DNA from: Dehalococcoidia bacterium
Lineage (GTDB): Bacteria; Chloroflexota; Dehalococcoidia; Lucifugimonadales; VXLM01
Assembly: GCA_009841605.1 (NCBI GenBank)
Contig: VXLM01000120.1
Location: 48,167 to 112,166, forward strand
Direction of reading: 5' to 3'
Length of the DNA stretch: 64,000 nucleotides
How positions within the stretch are numbered: the first letter of the stretch is position 1; each line of letters opens with the position of its first letter. The notes under the pieces were generated by a model. That model was not told the origin of the DNA and made no database searches. It saw only the letters and a list, made by a program, of their open reading frames with translations. A program made the position numbers and the translations under genes. Shown here one piece after another: positions 57,867-64,000 of the stretch.

Positions 57867-59183
57867 TCACCGTATCCGCAGCATAACCCGCCGTACCGCA
57901 TCCACCAGCGCGTCGATCTCCGTCTCCGTCGTGAGTGAGCACAGCGCCCCCGCCGCCTTCGTCTGCATCAGTATGCCCTCGTTGAGCAGCCCCGTGAAGA
58001 GCTTCTGCTGCATATCGCGGTCGGCCCTCAACACCGAGCGGTAGTCGATGATCCGCTCCTCCGTGAAGTGGATGCCGAACAGCGACCCGATCCCAGTCAC
58101 TTGCACCGCGATATCAAGCTCGTCGAATACCGCCCTCAGCTTCGCGCGCAGCATGTCACCGAGCGCATTCATCCGCTCGAAGACCTCCGGCGTCAGCTGT
58201 TCCAGCGTCGCCAGTCCGCCGACCATCGTCATCGGGTTCGCGTTGAACGTCCCCGCGTGCGACACCACCGGCTCGTCCGTCGGATCGTACAGGTCCATCA
58301 AATCGGCCCGTCCACCCCATGCTCCCACCGGCATCCCCCCGCCGATCACCTTCCCGAACGTCGTCATGTCCGGGATGACGCCCATCTGCTCCTGCGCGCC
58401 GCCTCGGGCAAGCCGGAAGCTCTGCACCTCGTCGAAAATGAAGATCAGTCCCAGCTCGGTCGTAAGGTCGCGCAGGAACGACAGATAGTCCGCGTTGGCC
58501 GGCAGATACCCGAAGTTCGATAGCACCGGCTCGATAATGACGCACGACAGCTCGTCTGCGTTCTCGCGCAGGATCCGCTCCGTCGACTCGATGTCGTTGT
58601 AGTGCAGCGTGACTACGTCCTCGACCACGCTCGGCGGCTGCCCCGGCCACTCCGCAACGCTCGTTGGCTCCACCGGGTCCAGTGCGTCCAGCGTAGAGTA
58701 GACGCTTACCGAAACGTACTCGTGGTTCCCGTGATACCCGCCCTCGATCTTGGCGATCTTGTGCTTGCCCGTGAAAGCCCGTGCCGCGCGGATGGCGTTC
58801 AGCGTCCCCTCCGTGCCCGAGTTCGTGAACCGCACCTTCTCAACCGACGGCACCCGCTCGCACAGCACCTGCGCCAGCCGTACTTGCGACTCGTGCGGCG
58901 TGCTGTAGCTCAGACCGTTCGTCGCCTGTTCCCTGACCGCTTCGACTACCCTGTCATTGGAGTGACCCAGCACGTATGTCGTCGCGTTCAGCATGAAGTC
59001 AAGGTACCGGTTCCCGTCCACGTCCACGACGTGATGCCCCTCCGTTCTATCGACGAAAAACGGGTACGGCCCAAAATACGCCGTCCCGCGAGAGCTTCCA
59101 CCGGGCAGATACCGCTCCGCCTCCGCCTGAAGCTCCGCCGACTTCGGCGTTGATGCCACATATCGTTCAACTTCCGAGTCCAT
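57867..59183 (-). CDS. class-III aminotransferase (glutamate-1-semialdehyde aminomutase-like)
   Basis: 438 aa. YLPGGSSRG, FDEVQSFRL, TFGKVIGGGMPVGA (PLP Lys context). Confidence 0.85.
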   Translation of the reverse strand: MDSEVERYVASTPKSAELQAEAERYLPGGSSRGTAYFGPYPFFVDRTEGHHVVDVDGNRYLDFMLNATTYVLGHSNDRVVEAVREQATNGLSYSTPHESQVRLAQVLCERVPSVEKVRFTNSGTEGTLNAIRAARAFTGKHKIAKIEGGYHGNHEYVSVSVYSTLDALDPVEPTSVAEWPGQPPSVVEDVVTLHYNDIESTERILRENADELSCVIIEPVLSNFGYLPANADYLSFLRDLTTELGLIFIFDEVQSFRLARGGAQEQMGVIPDMTTFGKVIGGGMPVGAWGGRADLMDLYDPTDEPVVSHAGTFNANPMTMVGGLATLEQLTPEVFERMNALGDMLRAKLRAVFDELDIAVQVTGIGSLFGIHFTEERIIDYRSVLRADRDMQQKLFTGLLNEGILMQTKAAGALCSLTTETEIDALVDAVRRVMLRIR

Positions 59184-59263
59184 ATATTCCCCTTCGTCTA
59201 CTCTTCCTGAAACGTCCCGCCCCCATCCGTCATTGGTATTGAATCAAGCCCCGGCAAACCTGT

Positions 59264-59289
59264 CGTAGGGGCGACCCTTGTGGTCGCCC
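59264..59289 (+). repeat. repeat family E copy
   Basis: cgtaggggcgacccttgtggtcgccc. Its first 26 nt are identical to the copy at 52224. Confidence 0.7.
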
Positions 59290-59321
59290 TTCTTCGCTGG
59301 GTGTGTGGCCCGTAGCCCCAA

Positions 59322-59382
59322 CCTGTCATTCCCCAACGCCCCCAACCTGTCATTCCGAACGCAGCGAAGCGAGGAATCTAAA
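59322..59382 (+). repeat. repeat family C copy with duplicated head
   Basis: cctgtcattccccaacgcccccaacctgtcattccgaacgcagcgaagcgaggaatctaaa. Confidence 0.7.
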
Positions 59383-59416
59383 ACCATCGCCTTCCAAGAC
59401 TCACCCGCATTCGCAT

Positions 59417-59470
59417 TTCTTTCCTCTTTCTACTTTCTTCCCCTCTGCGCTCTCCGCGCCCTCTGCGGTG
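59417..59470 (+). repeat. repeat family A copy with CTACTTTCTTCC head
   Basis: ttctttcctctttctactttcttcccctctgcgctctccgcgccctctgcggtg. Confidence 0.7.
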
Positions 59471-59486
59471 CAACTCCTCGCAGGCA

Positions 59487-60389
59487 CTACTCCGCCTGAA
59501 ACGTCCCATTCACTTCCCGCTTCCGCCTCAATCCCACCAACACCTCGTTCAAACTCCCCGACCGAAAACCCTCCAAATCCAACGTCACATACGAATACCC
59601 AATTTCCCGGAACCGCTCGATCACTCCCCGCCGCGTCTCCTCATCCAGCAATATAGAAAAATCCTCGGCCCCGACCTCGATGCGCGCGACCATGTCGTGG
59701 TGCCGCACTCGAAGCCGCTCGACCCCCAGTGACCGCAAGTACTCCTCCGCCTCCGCGATCCGCGCCAGCGCCTCGACCGTCACCGGCGTCCCATACGGGA
59801 TCCGCGAGGACAGGCACGCCTGCGCCGGCTTGTCCCACGTCGGCAGACCCATGGCGCGGGACTGCTCCCGTATCTCCGCCTTCGTCAGTCCCGCCTCCAC
59901 CAGCGGACTCCGCACCCCACGCTTCTTCGCCGAGTTGATGCCGGGTCGAAAATCTCCCGTGTCGTCCAGATTGTGCGCGTTGATGATCTGCGAGTACCGC
60001 GCTTCCGGCAGCGTCGAGAGGTGCGTGTACAGCTCCTCCTTGCAGAAGAAGCACCGGTTGGGATCGTTGACGCGGTAGTCGTCTCGCTCCACCTCCGCCG
60101 TCTCGATGACCCGGTGGTTCAGCCCAAGCGTAGCGGCCACCTGAACCGCCCCCTCAAGCTCCGACCGCGCAAGGCTCGGCGACTTCGCCGTCACCGCAAG
60201 CGAAGCTTGCCCAAGTACCTCGTTCGCCACCGCGGCAAGGAAAGCGCTGTCCACTCCCCCCGAATACGCGACGATCACATGCCGCATGTCGGCTAAGTTG
60301 GATTTGAGCGCGTCCAGCTTCTCATTTGTACCTATTTCCGTTCGGGCAACCATCGTGTCAACCATACTACGCTGACCAAATTTTACCAC
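59487..60389 (-). CDS. PP-loop ATP pyrophosphatase, LarE-like sulfur transferase family (TIGR00268-like)
   Basis: VIVAYSGGVDSAF PP-loop and a CFFCK motif. The start is ambiguous (60389 GTG, 60365 or 60353 ATG). Confidence 0.75.
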   Translation of the reverse strand: MVKFGQRSMVDTMVARTEIGTNEKLDALKSNLADMRHVIVAYSGGVDSAFLAAVANEVLGQASLAVTAKSPSLARSELEGAVQVAATLGLNHRVIETAEVERDDYRVNDPNRCFFCKEELYTHLSTLPEARYSQIINAHNLDDTGDFRPGINSAKKRGVRSPLVEAGLTKAEIREQSRAMGLPTWDKPAQACLSSRIPYGTPVTVEALARIAEAEEYLRSLGVERLRVRHHDMVARIEVGAEDFSILLDEETRRGVIERFREIGYSYVTLDLEGFRSGSLNEVLVGLRRKREVNGTFQAE

Positions 60390-60391
60390 CC

Positions 60392-60420
60392 CCGTAATTC
60401 CCGCTACGGCGGGGATCCAC
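60392..60420 (+). repeat. repeat family D-like copy
   Basis: ccgtaattcccgctacggcggggatccac. Confidence 0.5.
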
Positions 60421-60494
60421 CCACGTCGGTGTGTGTCATAGTGGCTTAGGAAACGGTGCCTTTTGGGGCACAGGCATAAAGGAGGGGCAGGGGG

Positions 60495-61514
60495 TCACAT
60501 TGCTCCCATATGAGCGAGACCCGCAAGAAATTGTGCGACGTCCTGCAACTTCTTGATGTGTTCAGGAGATAGTCCATCGGGATCAAAGTGCATGACATCG
60601 TTTCGAATCTCTCTCACATCATCCAAGTGCTTAACAAGCTCTTTCCGATCGACATTGAGGCTCAGTTGGCTCCAGTTTTCTTCACTCGACAAAAGCCTAC
60701 AGTATCCACCGAGTGTCATGTCAGCTATCCCTTTGATGTCCTGCTGGCCTGCAGGTGATGCTTCCCTCATCTCTTCGACCTTGAATTTCCCGTGGATGAG
60801 ATGCCGGAGATATCCCTCAATCTCACCAATTAGAAGGAAGGGTCCGGCGAGTTGCATGAACTGATTCGAGATATCGCCAGCCGTCACGATCCCGGTCACT
60901 ACTCTATCCTTGCCTCGCACTAGTACGTAACCATGTTCTACGATTTCCGTTATTGCATCAAATAAAGGGGTGCTAAAGGGGATCTCCCTTGCAGGCTCCA
61001 TGCAATCACGAACGTATTCGCACCCCCGACCCAATGAAAGACGAATGCCAATTGACTGCCAACTAACTATCCCTTTAACGTCGCGATTGTTAATCATCAC
61101 AGGAAGTTGGGCATAGTCGTGCAGTTGCATCATTGTAGTGGCTCTGCTAAGCGGGTCGTCCGGGTTTACACTCATCGGCCTTTTATTGGCCGCTTCGAGA
61201 CTCCCAATGCGGTGAGTGGGATCCACAGGATCGCCGGAAGATGGAGTATCAGTAACGTCCGGGTGCAATTCGATAGAGATGATCGAATCTATCCATTCGA
61301 CTTCAAAATCCGGGTTTGTTCGTAGCTCCAACTTGTCCAAATCGTTGCGGATTCGGTTGACAATGCTTCCACCTCTCCTAGCATAGTCGTACCAACCTAA
61401 AAACTCCCGGATTGTTAGCTTTTCAGGTGTCGGAACAGCGCCCTTCTGCACAGCGCCTTTCATTACTTTGGCAATCTCGGCCAGCCGAGCATGGCCTTCA
61501 TCCATATTCCCCAC
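60495..61514 (-). CDS. CBS-pair protein with C-terminal Swt1-like HEPN domain (predicted ligand-gated RNase)
   Basis: 339 aa. Two CBS-like units (PMSVNPDDPL...LPVMINNRDVKGIVS and EIPFSTPLFD...YVLVRGKDRVVTGIVTAGDI). The C-terminus has GEIEGYLRHL and IRNDVMHF (Rx4H). Visibly AT-richer than its flanks. Confidence 0.7.
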   Translation of the reverse strand: MGNMDEGHARLAEIAKVMKGAVQKGAVPTPEKLTIREFLGWYDYARRGGSIVNRIRNDLDKLELRTNPDFEVEWIDSIISIELHPDVTDTPSSGDPVDPTHRIGSLEAANKRPMSVNPDDPLSRATTMMQLHDYAQLPVMINNRDVKGIVSWQSIGIRLSLGRGCEYVRDCMEPAREIPFSTPLFDAITEIVEHGYVLVRGKDRVVTGIVTAGDISNQFMQLAGPFLLIGEIEGYLRHLIHGKFKVEEMREASPAGQQDIKGIADMTLGGYCRLLSSEENWSQLSLNVDRKELVKHLDDVREIRNDVMHFDPDGLSPEHIKKLQDVAQFLAGLAHMGAM

Positions 61515-61583
61515 TCCCGTTGTCCTTTGAAGTTAGGCTTTACCCTGTCGAATTCGATACAGCATAGGCAGAATACAGGTCCC

Positions 61584-62276
61584 TCACCCCGCGTGCGTCA
61601 GCATCCGCAGACGGTCCCCCTCCGTCCAGAACTGCTCCATCTTGCAGAGAAACTCCTCGAAAGTCTCTTCCGGCGTGGACTCGGTCGTGTCGAGCGTAAA
61701 CTTGTTAACGATGGTTGACCGCGCGAACTCCTCATCGAACCGCTGCAGCACAAGCTCAATGTCCTCGTCTCGCACGACCCCGTCCGGGTGTGGCGCACTC
61801 CTCATTCGACTCCGCACGACCTCCGCCGACGCCCTCACCAGAACAAGGACCGTATCCGGCCTATACTTCATAAGCCCCTGCTCGACGTTCTGCGCCTCCA
61901 CGCGACGGTCGCCCGGCTCCCCCGGACGGCCATACCCAAAGTACATCGGCGCATAGATCATCTCGTCGATGTGATGACCGATGTGAAGCCCGCCGAAGTC
62001 CGTCGACGTCATCGGTCGGTTCGGTGTGTGATAGTACAGGGTGTACCGGCTGAAAAGCTCCTTCAGCTTCGGCGTCATCTCCAAAATCTGTCGCTTCTCC
62101 TCCTCGTCGAAGATGATTATGTCCGGGTCCAGCGGCGGATGTCCCGAATGATTCGGCAGCTTGAAGTGGTCGTGGAAAATGGTCGTCTGCCCGAAGGCCC
62201 CCTTCATCCACTCCTGTAACCCCAGCATCAGTGTGGTCGTCCCCGTGTACTCGCATCCGATCGCTATGATGTTCAT
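61584..62276 (-). CDS. P-loop kinase/sulfotransferase-fold protein with a lysine-less loop GCEYTGTTTL (paralog 2)
   Basis: 230 aa. MNIIAIGCEYTGTTTL, HDHFKLP, GHHIDEMIYAPMYFGYG, PDTVLVLVRASAEVVRSRM, PHP. Paralogous to 63245..63931. Confidence 0.7.
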   Translation of the reverse strand: MNIIAIGCEYTGTTTLMLGLQEWMKGAFGQTTIFHDHFKLPNHSGHPPLDPDIIIFDEEEKRQILEMTPKLKELFSRYTLYYHTPNRPMTSTDFGGLHIGHHIDEMIYAPMYFGYGRPGEPGDRRVEAQNVEQGLMKYRPDTVLVLVRASAEVVRSRMRSAPHPDGVVRDEDIELVLQRFDEEFARSTIVNKFTLDTTESTPEETFEEFLCKMEQFWTEGDRLRMLTHAG

Positions 62277-62361
62277 CTGTTGCCCATTCTCCCTGAGGGA
62301 TTTATGCCTACTCTATCTATTCGTCTCACAGTTTCACGCTAAAAGCCTGCCCGAGAAAAAT

Positions 62362-62421
62362 CCCCTCTCCCGTCGTGGGAGAGGGCTAGAGCCTGACCCG
62401 TACTCGATACGGGGGTGAGGG
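62362..62421 (+). repeat. repeat family B, long double-hairpin variant
   Basis: cccctctcccgtcgtgggagagggctagagcctgacccgtactcgatacgggggtgaggg. Confidence 0.8.
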
Positions 62422-62476
62422 CAACTCTTCAAGTCACCACCATTCGCTCCATACCTTGAATTTCCAACACAGAACA

Positions 62477-63214
62477 CTATTTGATACCCGCTGAAAGACC
62501 GGCGACGACTCCAAAATGGTCCGACAACCTGCGCTCCCCATCCAAGTTGCTGATCGCGCCGAGATACTCTGCCGTCAGGTCGCTGCCCAGCGCAACATGG
62601 TCGATGCTTCTGCGCCCACGAAAGCCCAGCCCCGCAGTTGCGATGGTCATGCGCGATCCAACCACCGCCTGAAGCGCCGTCCGAACTTCAGCGGGTACAC
62701 GTCTGCCCTGTTGTATCCGTTGATTGAAGTCGCCTACCAATATGAGGCGTTCAACGGGTATCCGGTCCAGCACATCGGACAGACCGTCGAGATACTGCCG
62801 ATGGTCTTCCCACCTCATGCGTTTCACGGCAGTCCCACGAACCCGCGAGTCTGCCCACGGAATGCAGACACCCATCACGGTCATCGGCCCCTCGGAAGTC
62901 CGCGTGACGCCGGATACGAACCGTCCCGGTGGCATCATGTCGCTCCCAACGTCATCTACTTGCTCCCATGGCTCCCGTGACCAAAGTAGCACTTTCCGCC
63001 GCTCTTCCTTGACCTTGTATCCATAATCGGCTCGCGAAGTGATCACGTGTCCGCCTCGCGATAACAGCCCAACATGTGTTTCAGTGAGACAAATAATGTC
63101 AGGCGTGTGCTGCTCTATCCGGTTCAGGATCTCCGGGCTCCGCCATGATCGAGGCGTAGCCCATTCAACGTTCCAGTTCACCAATGTCGCTGCCACGGCG
63201 CCCAAACCCACCAC
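62477..63214 (-). CDS. endonuclease/exonuclease/phosphatase (EEP) family protein
   Basis: LVNWNVEW, DIICLTETH, ILVGDFNQ, IDHVAL, LSDHFGV. The GTG at 63199 is a possible alternative start. Confidence 0.8.
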   Translation of the reverse strand: MVGLGAVAATLVNWNVEWATPRSWRSPEILNRIEQHTPDIICLTETHVGLLSRGGHVITSRADYGYKVKEERRKVLLWSREPWEQVDDVGSDMMPPGRFVSGVTRTSEGPMTVMGVCIPWADSRVRGTAVKRMRWEDHRQYLDGLSDVLDRIPVERLILVGDFNQRIQQGRRVPAEVRTALQAVVGSRMTIATAGLGFRGRRSIDHVALGSDLTAEYLGAISNLDGERRLSDHFGVVAGLSAGIK

Positions 63215-63244
63215 CCCTACAAAATTCTTTCTTCTTTCTTCTTT

Positions 63245-63931
63245 CTACTTTCTCCGCACCACCATCCTCCTCCTGTCCTCGATAGACAGATGCCCCTGAA
63301 GCCCCTGCCGCAGCTCATCCAGGCTCTCCTCAACCGTCGCCTCGGACGTGTCGATCACGATCTTGGCATGAATCGCCGACCGCTCGAACTCCGTCTCGAA
63401 GTCCGCCAACACCGGCTCGATGTCCTTCTTCTGCACAATGGAGAACGGATGTGGGTTCGCGGCCATTCGCTCCGCTATCACGTCCGGCGAGGCCTTGACG
63501 CAGACGAGTACGGTGTCCGGCGCCTGCGAAATGAACTCCTCCTCGAGGTGTCTGGCATACTTCGTCCGCAAGCCCCCCTGCGGCTCCTTCTCGTGCCCGT
63601 AGCCGAAGAAAGGAGCCGCATACACCGCGTCCTCGATATGATACCCGACGACGATGTAGTCGTCCGCCCGGCACGTGTTGGGCATGTGGTAGTTCATGCT
63701 CTGCCGCTGGACCATCTCCTTCATCTTCGGCGTCCACGCCATGATCTGTCGCAATTCCTCGTCGGTCAGAGGCTCGGCGGGCGGCCCGATGCGGTAGGTC
63801 GCAATATGGGGAATCTTGAAATGATCGTGAATCTCCTGCGTCCCCCCCAGCGTCTTGCGCGCCCACTCCGCAATTCCGTTGGCAAGCGTTGTCGTTCCCG
63901 AGTATTCGCATCCGGCTATGATGAGGTTCAT
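63245..63931 (-). CDS. P-loop kinase/sulfotransferase-fold protein with a lysine-less loop GCEYSGTTTL (paralog 1)
   Basis: 228 aa. MNLIIAGCEYSGTTTL, HDHFKIP, GYHIEDAVYAAPFFGYG, PDTVLVCVKASPDVIAERM, PHP. Its ATG overlaps the stop of the upstream gene (ATGA). Confidence 0.7.
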   Translation of the reverse strand: MNLIIAGCEYSGTTTLANGIAEWARKTLGGTQEIHDHFKIPHIATYRIGPPAEPLTDEELRQIMAWTPKMKEMVQRQSMNYHMPNTCRADDYIVVGYHIEDAVYAAPFFGYGHEKEPQGGLRTKYARHLEEEFISQAPDTVLVCVKASPDVIAERMAANPHPFSIVQKKDIEPVLADFETEFERSAIHAKIVIDTSEATVEESLDELRQGLQGHLSIEDRRRMVVRRK

Positions 63932-64000
63932 TCGTCGTCCCCTGTAGTCTTGAAGATGTCCTGGAACTCCAGTCCCGTCTCTTTCGTGATCCCGCTGCCG
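63928..64000 (-). CDS. 3' end of an unidentified gene translationally coupled to the P-loop-like gene (N-terminus outside the window)
   Basis: The open frame reads ...GSGITKETGLEFQDIFKTTGDDE* and ends at TGA 63930-63928, overlapping the ATG at 63931. Confidence 0.5.
   Translation of the reverse strand, partial: GSGITKETGLEFQDIFKTTGDDE

Overview
High-GC bacterial chromosomal window. Gene content and the short intergenic repeat families resemble uncultured Chloroflexota-type, possibly host-associated, genomes, but that is an impression and not a result. It holds about 60 protein genes and 2 tRNAs, mostly housekeeping. These include heterotetrameric sarcosine oxidase (soxDAGB), lspA-rluD, a zur-znuACB-like metal uptake operon, gltX, purQ/purL, dtd, nadCA, miaB and moaDE. 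There is also a siroheme/tetrapyrrole block (sirC-like, hemC, cobA-hemD, hemB), a PhyH/HpcH-aldolase/acyl-CoA dehydrogenase block and an aromatic block (DAHP synthase, trpA, aroH, tyrS). No rRNA, CRISPR array, integrase or transposase was seen. Non-routine content: (1) a 1999-aa secreted protein built of cadherin-like, FN3 and plant-type LRR modules; (2) two paralogous NCS2-fold permeases, each with a conserved extra C-terminal domain, bracketing a beta-carbonic anhydrase; (3) a decayed DNA methyltransferase that still carries an intact-looking LAGLIDADG intein, wedged between purQ and purL; (4) a Tyr-codon leader-peptide attenuator in front of DAHP synthase; (5) three toxin-like modules (VapBC, HepT/MntA, and an AT-richer CBS-pair/HEPN gene); (6) at the right edge, a cluster of two paralogous kinase/sulfotransferase-fold proteins with a lysine-less P-loop flanking an EEP phosphoesterase; (7) at least six families of short hairpin repeats filling most intergenic spacers, two of them forming larger palindromic composites. 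All functional calls rest on motifs read by eye; no database search was run.
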